DNA of 60,141 bases from Spirochaetia bacterium. GTDB taxonomy: Bacteria; Spirochaetota; Spirochaetia; CADAEX01. The translations under genes and the position numbers were made by a program. Each line of letters begins with the position of its first letter. Positions within the stretch are counted from its first letter, which is position 1. The notes beneath the pieces were generated by a model, which searched no databases, was not told the origin of the DNA, and saw only the letters and a program-made list of their open reading frames with translations. The DNA is taken from the NCBI GenBank assembly GCA_963662265.2, contig CAXXHA010000037.1, forward strand, positions 1 through 60,141. Reading direction: 5' to 3'. Shown here piece by piece: positions 50,498-60,141 of the stretch.

Positions 50498-51322
50498 ATG
50501 ATTATTAAACAATCAATATATATATTAAGAATGTTTGTCTCCGGCATACTTATAGGGATAGCCAACCTGATTCCCGGAATCAGCGGGGGAACAATTGCAG
50601 TTGTTACAGGAATATATGACAACCTGATTAAAGCTATAAGCAGTTTTTCCTCAGATTTCAGGCAAAACCTGTCAATCCTTGTACCTGTTATAACAGGTAC
50701 TTTATCAGGAATTTTTTTATTTTCAGGAATAATAACCTTCATGCTCAGGAATTATCCTGAGCAGTCCAATTTCATGTTTACAGGCTTAATTGCCGGGAGT
50801 TTCCCCTTTATTTTAAGAAAGAGCGGCATAAAAAAGATAAGCATAAAACCGCTTATCCTGTTTACCGCTGCTTTTGTTTTTATAATAGCATTGAGTCTGA
50901 TCCCCATGCCTGAAACTGTAAAAACAGAAATTATGCTGACAAGGACTTCAGCCCTGATGATTTTTCTGTCAGGAATTATTGCAGCCGCTGCCATGATAAT
51001 ACCGGGGATAAGCGGGTCGTTTATCCTTCTTTTACTGGGTTCATACGGGACAATTCTGGATTCCATAAATAAATTCTATATTCCCTATATTCTGATATTT
51101 TTTGCAGGAATCATTACAGGTCTTGCTCTTACATCAAAAATTATCAATCACATGCTGTGTAAGTATCACGCATTAACCTACTTTGCGGTAGCTGGTTTAA
51201 TTGCAGGATCAGTAGCTGTTGTTTTTCCCGGTTTTTCATTTTCTCAGGAAGGGGGAATAAGCATTCTTTGCGGCATAACAGGATATCTGGCCAGTTATAT
51301 ATCCGGAAAAATCAAAAACTGA
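50498..51322 (+). CDS. DUF368 family membrane protein (undecaprenyl-phosphate translocase family)
   Basis: GIANLIPGISGGTIA and AMIIPGISGS repeats. The start is moved to ATG 50498. Confidence 0.88.
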   Translation: MIIKQSIYILRMFVSGILIGIANLIPGISGGTIAVVTGIYDNLIKAISSFSSDFRQNLSILVPVITGTLSGIFLFSGIITFMLRNYPEQSNFMFTGLIAGSFPFILRKSGIKKISIKPLILFTAAFVFIIALSLIPMPETVKTEIMLTRTSALMIFLSGIIAAAAMIIPGISGSFILLLLGSYGTILDSINKFYIPYILIFFAGIITGLALTSKIINHMLCKYHALTYFAVAGLIAGSVAVVFPGFSFSQEGGISILCGITGYLASYISGKIKN

Positions 51323-51323
51323 T

Positions 51324-52664
51324 TCATAAAACAACAGCTTTATTTCTCGATTTTTTGAAAGGGTTCATTATTTTCAGAATATATCTCCGTGCCCTGACTG
51401 CAGTTTCGCCGGAGGGAGTAATTCCTCCGTAGATATATTCACTGAATACATGGGAGATATACATTATCTCATTCCCTGCATATACACAGCGGGAGGATAA
51501 TCTTTTTCCATATTCAAGAGGTGTTTCACAATTTCTGTATACAATTCCAGCTGTCCTTCCCCTGATCTTCAGCAGTGTAAAACAGATGACAGCAGGTGAA
51601 TTCTTTTTACCGGTTAAAATAAAGAAAGAGACAATCTTCAGGATATATTTTATAAAACCGGAAATATTTATAAAATATTTTCCCCTCTCCTTTTTACCTG
51701 AATGAATTATTCTCAGCAATTTTCTGATAAAGAGTATCAACGCGTAAAAAGCCGACAGCATTATAAAAAAAAGAAAACCAGCAATAATAATTTTATCAGA
51801 GACACCCCCGCCCGGCGTTCCCATGGATATTCCGGGGGCAGAACCTGATGACAGTTCTGAAATTACCTGCTCCCTGTACCTCAGATCCATGAGAAACCTG
51901 ATAACAGTAATTAGTCCGTTTTCCAGCGGAACTGCCACTGAACCGGCAGCATCGGTTCCCGACAGGGCAATCTTTTCAAGTTCAGGAGTAAAATGGAAAA
52001 GAATTCCGAAAGAAAACAAAAGAACAGAAAGCATGAAAAGAAAAAGTATAAATCCTTTTTTCATTGAATCAGAAAATATTTTCCCTCCGGAATTTCCATT
52101 TAAATGAAAAAAGGAAAGCATGACAAGACCTGAAAATAAATATATGACAAACCAGTCAACTTGTTTTCTTAAGTTAAAATCTCCCCCCCCTTTCAGTTTT
52201 ATTATGAACTTAATCAGAAAAAGCAGGAGAAAAAACGCTGTTCCGCAATCAAACCGGATCCTTGATGTTTTTCTGCTGTTTTCCCCATTCATTATCCGGT
52301 AGGAGGAAATCCATATAACTGAAGTAAAAAATAAAAGAAGAAAACAGAGTAAAATTCCTTTCAAACGATTATCAGAAAACAGCTGTGGGAAGGATATTCC
52401 GGTAGCAGCCAGTTTACAATAATTTGTTGTTACTGCAAAAACAGAAATCATATATCCTGGAACAGCAAATATGATTCCCCGGAATCTTCTCCGGAACAGA
52501 GAAAAAAGAAAACAGGAGAAAATACAGGTAAAGACAACTGCACTTAGAGACAGGGGAGGAACTGAAAGGAGATGCGCAAGAAAACTGTTCCAGGGATAAA
52601 AAGCTGAAATAAACATAAAAAGGGACACTGCAGCATACAGAATATTTCCCTTATTGCTTCTCAT
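51324..52664 (-). CDS. Multi-TM membrane protein with C-terminal DUF4129-like domain
   Basis: Many TM helices; C-terminal ETPLEY...YIYG motif. Confidence 0.65.
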   Translation of the reverse strand: MRSNKGNILYAAVSLFMFISAFYPWNSFLAHLLSVPPLSLSAVVFTCIFSCFLFSLFRRRFRGIIFAVPGYMISVFAVTTNYCKLAATGISFPQLFSDNRLKGILLCFLLLFFTSVIWISSYRIMNGENSRKTSRIRFDCGTAFFLLLFLIKFIIKLKGGGDFNLRKQVDWFVIYLFSGLVMLSFFHLNGNSGGKIFSDSMKKGFILFLFMLSVLLFSFGILFHFTPELEKIALSGTDAAGSVAVPLENGLITVIRFLMDLRYREQVISELSSGSAPGISMGTPGGGVSDKIIIAGFLFFIMLSAFYALILFIRKLLRIIHSGKKERGKYFINISGFIKYILKIVSFFILTGKKNSPAVICFTLLKIRGRTAGIVYRNCETPLEYGKRLSSRCVYAGNEIMYISHVFSEYIYGGITPSGETAVRARRYILKIMNPFKKSRNKAVVL

Positions 52665-53845
52665 GCTGTATCCTTCCCCGGGGTAAGATCCCTTACAAGA
52701 GAATACTTCATATTACCGAGTGCTGAATCTCCTTTTTCAGAAACAATATATGTGACAGGGATTTTTCTTTTTCGTAAAACACGGTTTGTTTTATATATAT
52801 CATCAGATATTGAAAATGCAAAATATATGCAGCTTAAACCGGATGAAAGAAAAGCCCCTCTTTCCAGAAGACGGGAAATATCTTCTCCTTCTGCCGGTAT
52901 TATTCCTGACAGAATTTCAAGAATACACATTTCCTGCCGGCTGTTCCCTGAAGCAGGAACAAAACCGCTTCGGTTGTTAAACACTTCTCCGTTGGTCAGC
53001 ATTCCCAGAGATTTTTTTCTCATCTCAGGCATCAGGACAAGTGATGCGGCAGTTTCCAGAGCCGCCTCAAAGAGGAGGGAATTCTTTCCGTAATTATTTA
53101 CATCAAAGATAATCAGTATTTTTTCTTTTTCAGAAGGATCAAAGACTTTTTCCTGAAGACGGCTGTATTTCGCACTTGATTTCCAGTGTATATTTCTGAT
53201 ACTGCTTCCATTCTGATAATCCCTCACCCCCTGAATCAGCAGCCTGTCAGGGACAGCGCCCCGGCCTTTATGTGTCCCGGAATAATCACTGAATAAAAAC
53301 GGAGGAATCCCTGTTTCCCTGACAGCCGGATAAACTGTTATCTCAATTGGATCTCTGCTGATTTTTTTATTTCTGAAGCTGAATCCGAAAATATCTCCCC
53401 CCCTGATTTCAGGAGGCTGAATCCGGTACACCCCTCTTGAAGAAGGGGAGAATTCAAGCGGTATTGAATAGCGTCTGAAGGGAAACAGTATCTGTTCTGC
53501 ACTGGCCTGCCTCTGGTTTACCGGTTTGAGAACAAGGTTTTCCATAAGGACTTCAACCCTGAACAGGACAGGAAGAGGCTTGCTGTTTACAACATCAAGA
53601 GTAATTATTTTTTTATCTCCTGAAAAAAAATCACTCTTACTGCATTTCAGAGAAAGCCCGATCTTCCTTATACTTAAAAGGGACCATATATATGAGAAAA
53701 ACCCTGCCGTTATCAATATGAAACAGAAAACAGTAAGCTCATAAATGTTATATATAAATGAGATAAAAAGCAGGAGAAAAAGAATTACAGAAGAGAAGGG
53801 AGTCATGAAAATTGATGAAACTGTGTCGTCATGAAGACTGGACAT
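52661..53845 (-). CDS. DUF58 domain protein
   Basis: N-terminal TM helices, DIFG, VYP, VRDYQNG..IRNIHWKSSAK, FEAALETAAS. Confidence 0.85.
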   Translation of the reverse strand: MSSLHDDTVSSIFMTPFSSVILFLLLFISFIYNIYELTVFCFILITAGFFSYIWSLLSIRKIGLSLKCSKSDFFSGDKKIITLDVVNSKPLPVLFRVEVLMENLVLKPVNQRQASAEQILFPFRRYSIPLEFSPSSRGVYRIQPPEIRGGDIFGFSFRNKKISRDPIEITVYPAVRETGIPPFLFSDYSGTHKGRGAVPDRLLIQGVRDYQNGSSIRNIHWKSSAKYSRLQEKVFDPSEKEKILIIFDVNNYGKNSLLFEAALETAASLVLMPEMRKKSLGMLTNGEVFNNRSGFVPASGNSRQEMCILEILSGIIPAEGEDISRLLERGAFLSSGLSCIYFAFSISDDIYKTNRVLRKRKIPVTYIVSEKGDSALGNMKYSLVRDLTPGKDTA

Positions 53846-54793
53846 TATAATTTCTCTTTAAGGGAGAGAGGAACAGACACGGAATCTATTATTTCAGAAA
53901 GTATGCTTTCGGGAGTTACTCCCGAAAGGAGCTCTCTCTCCTTTACAATAATCCGGTGGGACATTACAGGTATTACGAGCTGTTTCACATCATCAGGTAG
54001 CGCATATCTTCTATTTCTCATCAGAGCCAGGCTCTGTGACGCCGCCATCAGCGCAAGAGAGCCCCGGGGACTTGAACCGTATTTTATATCTGAATGTGTC
54101 CTTGTTGCTGTTGTTATATCAAGGATATATTTCCTCACAGCATCAGAAACAAGTATATCTTTACGGAGCGACTGAAGTTCGACAATTTCCCCTGCATCTG
54201 CTGCCGGCTGCAGTTTCAGATACGGATCATTATTCTGAAATCGGCTGAGAATTTCATCCTCTTCATCATAATCAGGATAACCAAGCGATATCTTCATGAG
54301 GAAGCGGTCAAGCTGGGCTTCGGGAAGAGGAAATGTCCCTTCGAGTTCAATGGGATTCTGGGTTGCTATCACCATGAAGGGCTCAGGAAGCTGATATGTC
54401 ACAGAATCAACTGTAACCTGTTTTTCCTCCATGCTTTCAAGAAGACTCGACTGCGTCCTGGGGATTGCCCGGTTTATCTCATCAGCAAGAAGAATATTGC
54501 TCATCACAGGACCGGACTGAAAACGGAATTCCCCGCTTTTCTGATCATAAATATTAAAACCGGTGATATCTCCGGGAAGTATATCAGGTGTAAACTGTAT
54601 TCTTTTGTATGTGCAGTTTATGCTTTTTGCAAGACTCTTTGCAGTGACTGTCTTTCCGACTCCGGGAACATCTTCAAGAAGGACATGCCCGCCTGACAGC
54701 AGGGAAGCAACAATAAGCTCCAGAGACTTTTTTTTTACCGACAACAACTTCAGAAATATTCTCTATTATTCTATTACAGATTTCAGAACTCAT
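53845..54793 (-). pseudogene. moxR: MoxR family AAA+ ATPase with an N-terminal frameshift (real, slippage, or assembly error)
   Basis: GHVLLEDVPGVGKT, DEINRA, ATQNPIE, EAQLDRF. The true start MSSEICNRIIENISEVVVGK at 54793 (SD GGAG) is +1 out of frame at the A9 run (T54728-54736). Confidence 0.85.
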
Positions 54794-55041
54794 GACATCT
54801 CCTGAAATATAAATATTCCCGGAATGCTGCATGCTGATTTTATGTTCTATTCAATATCCTGGGGACCTGACAGGCACATATAATTGTTCATAATGGTCAT
54901 ATATATTTTAATACGGCGTGACCGGAAACACAATGATTTTAAACGGGATGAATAACCGGTTATTTTCAGGTAAAAATAAAATATTAAAATAAAACTTTAT
55001 TAAATAATATTTTTTAATTTTTCTATGCTGGTTCTTTTAAG

Positions 55042-57167
55042 TTATGCAACATCATTTTCTGAACCATTGCTTCTGTCAGGCAATTCATCTGGATCTTCAA
55101 GAGGCATGATTAATGTTTCAGAAAGCCTGAACTGTTTTACAAGAAGAGTAAGCTCTTCAAGGATTTTTTCGTTTGAAACACTAAGTACTGCTACATTTTT
55201 TGTATTCTGATCAATTCTTTTAATAGCCTTGAGAGCTTTTTCTATTTCAAGAGTACTGTCTGATGATAGACCTGCCAGTTCATTCATTTCACGACCCATA
55301 TCGGTAAGGACTTCTTTAATCTCACCTGCGCTGTTTTTTACATCATGTGTGACCTGATTTATTTCAGACATGGCATTAAGCATTTCACTGCTTCCGGTAG
55401 ATACTTCAGATACCATATCTGCAATTATTGAGAAAGCTTCAATACTTCCGGAAACCCCGTCATTTACTTTCAGAAATGCCTTGCCGCTGTTTTCACTTGA
55501 AACAAGTGCTTTTTCTATTTTTTCTACAACAGAATTCAGGTAAACAGATATTCCTTTTACACCTTCTGCAGTACGTTCAGATAATTTCCTTATTTCCTCG
55601 GCAACAACGCTGAATCCCTTTCCTGCGTCCCCGGCATGTGCTGCCTCAATAGCAGCATTCATTGATAGAAGATTTGTCTGGGAAGCAATCCCGTTGATCA
55701 GCTCAGTAAGTTCCTTCATTTTTCCTGTGCTGTCTGCAATTTCCTTAATAATTAAATTTGTTTCCCTTACCCTCTCATCTCCTTCTTTTGTTATTAAAGA
55801 AAGATTATCAGATATCTCTTTTTTATCCGAAGTTATACTTGAAATACTGTTAAGACTGGCTGTCATCTCTTCAATTACTGCTCCTGTCTCCTCGACCGCT
55901 GCAACCTGGCCATGTATCCGGGAAGTGAGGGAATTTATATAATTAATAATCCTGTCCGAGGCTTCATTTGATTTATTTATATTCAGATCAAGCTTCCGAA
56001 ATAATCCGGTAAAAATATTCATATTGTCAGTTACAGTCTCAACAGAGCCTGAAGTCAAATCAGCAGTTTTTCTCAGATTTTCTCCTACATCCTTGTTCTT
56101 GTCAGATGCGGATTTTATCTCTTCAACTGCTTTCTTCAAATTCAAAACTGTTTTATCAAGTGCCCCGGCAAGAATTCCTATTTCATCTTTCCTTCCGGAG
56201 AGTGTGCTGTCTATTTGCGAAGTTAAATCACCATCCGCTGTTTTTTTTGCTACAACTGCAAGCATGTATAACGGATCTGTAATTGTCTTTGAAAACAAAA
56301 AGAAGGCAGTTGATGATGCGAGAACACCGAAAATAATAAAGATCAGACCGAAAAACAGTTTTATCTTTTGATGCTTTTATCATTGAAGAATTGGAGTCAT
56401 CCGCTATTTTAAGAAAAAAAATATCAGCTTCTACCAGTTTATTTTTAAGATCCAGCCTAAGCCCCTCTTCATCGCTTAAACCTATTTCATTAAACTGCTT
56501 ATAATACAGATCTATATATTCCGCATACTTACCAATCGATGAAGCAACATCAATATCATTCTCATCCGCAAGTTCAAGAATCCGGGCAAGGGATTTATTT
56601 ATCTTATCTTTGTACTTCTCTGTCTTCCTGTGAACCAGCTTCATTTCCTGAACTTTTAAAATCTCAAGTTCAGTATTAATTATATCATTTTCCAGTTCTT
56701 CAAGGACATCCATAAATACGTGCCGTTCTTCTGAAAACAAACCTTCTATACCGTAATCATTGTGTCCCAGGGTTTCATACGCAGTTACCAGTGACTGAAA
56801 ACTTTCATCAAGATTTCCAACTATGGAACGGAAACAACTCTGAAGGTTTTCTTTATCCCTTCCTTTATAAATTTCAAAAAAGGCATATTCATAATCTTTA
56901 AGACCTGTCATTATTTCATTATATTCCTGAAGATTTTCAGAAATTCCTTCTGCATAATATTCTTCACTGATAATATCATCTATCTGAAACCTGCTGATTG
57001 CGTTGCGTGCTTCAACAATTTTTTTTTGTTATAGATGAGACTATATTTATCTGCTCATATGCCTTTTTTATAACACCTGTCTGATATTCACTGAAAAAAT
57101 GAACAGATAGTCCAGTTATAAGAAGGATGCTGATTCCTATTATCAGTAATTTTTGACTTACCTTCAT
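55042..57167 (-). pseudogene. Methyl-accepting chemotaxis protein, doubly frameshifted
   Basis: ATG 57167 (SD GGGGG) encodes TM1. There is a +1 shift at A9 (T57019-57027) into ORF 56228-56911, and a second +1 shift near 56350-56378 into TM2, HAMP and the signalling domain ([11 protein letters not shown]). Confidence 0.8.
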
Positions 57168-57294
57168 TATTTCCCCCAAGATATTTATATTACATATTTC
57201 AGAATTACTGCTGCAGATCTATTTTAAATTAAAAACAGGTATCTTTACTGTAAACAGTTAATGATACCCGTAATAGAATTAAATATTTAAGCCA

Positions 57295-59364
57295 TCAGCT
57301 CCAGAATGCTTTAAGCATTGGTGCTATAACAAGTGAAACAACCGCCATAAGTTTTATAAGGATATTGAGTGACGGTCCTGAAGTGTCTTTAAAAGGATCA
57401 CCGACAGTATCTCCGACAACTGCTGCTTTGTGAGCATCCGACCCTTTTCCCCCTGCAGAACCTGATTCAATCATTTTCTTGGCATTGTCCCATGCCCCGC
57501 CTGTGTTTGACATGAATATCGCAAGAACTACACCTGAAGCAGTAACACCTGTTAATACACCTGCAAGCATTTCAATACCACCCAGAAATCCTACAAGTAC
57601 AGGTGTGACTGCAGCAATAATACCGGGAAGAAGCATTTTCTTCAGAGCAGATGCAGTACTGATATCAACACATCTTTTGTAATCAGGTGTATCTTTATCT
57701 TCGAGTATTCCAGGCTTTTCCCTGAACTGACGTCTTACTTCCTCAATCATTGCGAAAGCTGCTTTTCCAACAGCTGACATTGACATAGATGAGAAAAGAT
57801 AGGGAATAACAGCTCCAATCAGAATACCCGCAATTACGGTTGTATCTGTGAGGTTAATATTTGTTACTCCTGTTGTTGCCTGAAAAGCTGTGAATAGAAT
57901 AATTGCTGTAAGAGCAGCAGAACCAATTGCAAAACCTTTTCCGATTGCCGCAGTAGTATTTCCAACAGCATCAAGGTTATCTGTTATATCCCGCACCTCT
58001 TCCGGAAATCCGGCCATTTCTGCCATTCCCCCCGCATTATCAGCAATTGGGCCGTAAGCATCTACAGCAAGCTGAATACCGAGTGTTGCAAGCATACCGA
58101 GAGCAGCAATTGCAACACCATAGAGACCAGCAATAAAAAAGCTGCATAGAATTGCGGCGGCAATTACAATTACAGAAGGGAAACAGGACATCATGCCTAC
58201 ACCCATTCCTGTAATAAGAGTAGTAGCAGGACCTGTTTTGCAGGCCTCAACAATAGCAATTACAGGCTTTTTTTCAGTACCAGTGTAGTATTCTGTAAGC
58301 ATTCCTATAACAACTCCGGCTGCAAGTCCGAATACAGATGCAAGAAATACATCGACAGGGCCTGTGCCAGAGTTAAATGTTTCTCCGGCGAACAGCCATA
58401 TACAGAGAGGGTATGTTAACACTGCTGCTATGATAGCGGCAGAAAAAGATCCCGTGTTAAGCGCTTTCTGGGGATTTGACCCGGGCTTTGCTTTTACAAG
58501 GAATATTCCTATAACAGAAGCAAGAATACCTACAACACAGAGAAGAAGAGGAAGCGATGCCAGTTTAAACTTCATGCTTGATGAAGCGTCCACTGCAACT
58601 CCCAGAATCATGCATCCGACAATTGACCCCACATATGATTCAAAAAGGTCGGCGCCCATTCCCGCAACATCACCTACATTATCACCTACATTGTCAGCTA
58701 TTACAGCAGGGTTTCTGGGATCATCTTCAGGAATACCAGCTTCAACTTTTCCCACAAGGTCAGCCCCGACATCTGCAGCCTTAGTAAAAATACCTCCGCC
58801 TACTCTTGCAAAAAGCGCTATAGAGGAAGCACCTAGAGAAAATCCCGACAGAATAGGAAGTATATTGTCAGAAAACATTTCAATGGATGAACCAAGCGCT
58901 TTTGCTGAAAAAAATAAAACAGCAAATATTCCAAAAAGAGCAAGACCTACAACACTCATCCCCATTACTGATCCCCCGGCAAAAGAGATTTTAAGTGCGT
59001 CTGTAAGTCCGTTATCCGCAGCTGCAGTAGTAGTTCTTGCATTTGAAGCTGTTGCAACTTTCATACCGATATACCCTGCAAGTGCAGAACAGATTGCTCC
59101 AAGAACAAATGATGCTGCCTGAAGTTTTATATAGCCATTATTTGCTACCGCCAGAAAAGCCGCAACTATAATAACAAAGGGAACAAGCATTTTATATTCC
59201 CTGGAAAGAAATGCCATAGCACCATCTGCAACAAAGCCGTTGATTTTTTTAAGTTTCTCATTTTCAATCGGCTTGTTAAAGATCCATTTAGTTCTTATAT
59301 ATGCATAGATCAAAGCAACCAGACTTCCCGTTATCGTAGCATATAACGCATAATCAATTTTCAT
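57295..59364 (-). CDS. hppA: Membrane-bound K+-dependent Na+/H+-translocating pyrophosphatase
   Basis: [46 protein letters not shown]. Start is ATG 59364 or GTG 59373. Confidence 0.95.
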   Translation of the reverse strand: MKIDYALYATITGSLVALIYAYIRTKWIFNKPIENEKLKKINGFVADGAMAFLSREYKMLVPFVIIVAAFLAVANNGYIKLQAASFVLGAICSALAGYIGMKVATASNARTTTAAADNGLTDALKISFAGGSVMGMSVVGLALFGIFAVLFFSAKALGSSIEMFSDNILPILSGFSLGASSIALFARVGGGIFTKAADVGADLVGKVEAGIPEDDPRNPAVIADNVGDNVGDVAGMGADLFESYVGSIVGCMILGVAVDASSSMKFKLASLPLLLCVVGILASVIGIFLVKAKPGSNPQKALNTGSFSAAIIAAVLTYPLCIWLFAGETFNSGTGPVDVFLASVFGLAAGVVIGMLTEYYTGTEKKPVIAIVEACKTGPATTLITGMGVGMMSCFPSVIVIAAAILCSFFIAGLYGVAIAALGMLATLGIQLAVDAYGPIADNAGGMAEMAGFPEEVRDITDNLDAVGNTTAAIGKGFAIGSAALTAIILFTAFQATTGVTNINLTDTTVIAGILIGAVIPYLFSSMSMSAVGKAAFAMIEEVRRQFREKPGILEDKDTPDYKRCVDISTASALKKMLLPGIIAAVTPVLVGFLGGIEMLAGVLTGVTASGVVLAIFMSNTGGAWDNAKKMIESGSAGGKGSDAHKAAVVGDTVGDPFKDTSGPSLNILIKLMAVVSLVIAPMLKAFWS

Positions 59365-59431
59365 ATAACCCACCCTTTTTTTAAAGAAAATTATTTTTTA
59401 TATGTTTGTAAAATATTGGCCAGATATTTTA

Positions 59432-60139
59432 TCAGTATTCCTGCTTTTTCATTCTCTCAAGAACATCATCAACAGTTCCTGAAAATGGTACAGGTTTTTC
59501 CATTTTAAGACTTGTAAGCGCCGCAGCGTAATGGATTGAATCATCAATACCATGTGTTTTACGTCTGGCAATGTAAGAAAGAAAACATGTATCGCCTCTT
59601 CCAGCCCGGCCGTCAAGATTTTCAGCATTAAACGGTGCTCTGTAAAATTTATTTCCGTCATATACGAGAGCTTCGTCTTTTCTTGTTATCAGTATTTCCT
59701 TACCGCCCCATTCATAGAGCTGTTTTGCACCTTCTTCTCTGTCTGCGCTTCCTGTTATAACTTCAATTTCAAGAGAATCTGCTTTTACATAATAAACATA
59801 GGGGAGATATTCTTTCTTATATTTCCAGTCTTCAAAATATACATCATCTTTGCCTATATAACGCAGAGCAGCCTGCAGATCCATTGCAACTTTACCTTTT
59901 TTAGAGAGTTCTGAAATCATTTCCTCAGGGATCTCGCCGTTAAAAAGAGAAGCAATATGAAATACATCTGATTCAATATCTGATGAAATATCTTCTGCTG
60001 TAAAAGAATCTGCAAGAGTAAGAAGATTCAGTTTCCTGTTATCCTGATCTTCGGTTTCAAAAATATTTTCTATTGAAGTTGTTTCTTTTGAAGGAAGTGC
60101 AACTACATCAATTCCCTCTTTTTTAAAAACATCCAGACA
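59432..60139 (-). CDS. PfkB family carbohydrate kinase (5-prime end beyond the window)
   Basis: The frame stays open to the window edge; anion-hole motif GRAGRGDT and AAALTSLK. Confidence 0.8.
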   Translation of the reverse strand, partial: CLDVFKKEGIDVVALPSKETTSIENIFETEDQDNRKLNLLTLADSFTAEDISSDIESDVFHIASLFNGEIPEEMISELSKKGKVAMDLQAALRYIGKDDVYFEDWKYKKEYLPYVYYVKADSLEIEVITGSADREEGAKQLYEWGGKEILITRKDEALVYDGNKFYRAPFNAENLDGRAGRGDTCFLSYIARRKTHGIDDSIHYAAALTSLKMEKPVPFSGTVDDVLERMKKQEY

Positions 60140-60141
60140 CC

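Noticed and set aside
58364-59122. 252-aa plus-strand ORF
   Set aside because: Typical antisense shadow of the highly conserved hppA.

Overview
A 60 kb, AT-rich, gene-dense bacterial chromosomal segment. It is most consistent with a free-living spirochaete (inferred from AAHAG-type MCPs and A-x-G-x-K-E N-termini on solute-binding proteins). No rRNA, tRNA, CRISPR array, transposase or prophage genes were seen. Main contents: an MFS-HEAT fusion; a DUF4105/Lnb-like protein; an XRE regulator with leuCD; a 13 kb ectoine/hydroxyectoine uptake and catabolism cluster (two DoeA/EutD paralogs, EutB, EutC, a racemase, a TRAP transporter, an M20 deacetylase candidate, DoeD, two IclR regulators, and a hidden 56-aa aspartokinase-ACT-like ORF); a U32 protein; two MCPs; a sigma54-promoter Hsp20 followed by about 11 back-to-back hairpins; adenosine deaminase; a dpp/opp operon interrupted by DUF554; an RpiR-linked Afu/Fbp-type ABC system with two phosphatase-like genes; a cNMP-STAS-cNMP-STAS protein; DUF368; a MoxR-DUF58-DUF4129 operon; K+-dependent HppA; and a truncated PfkB kinase. 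Three genes are broken by four single-base insertions at A/T runs, which may be assembly errors. At least five genes look leaderless. All family assignments come from motif recognition by eye; no database search was run.
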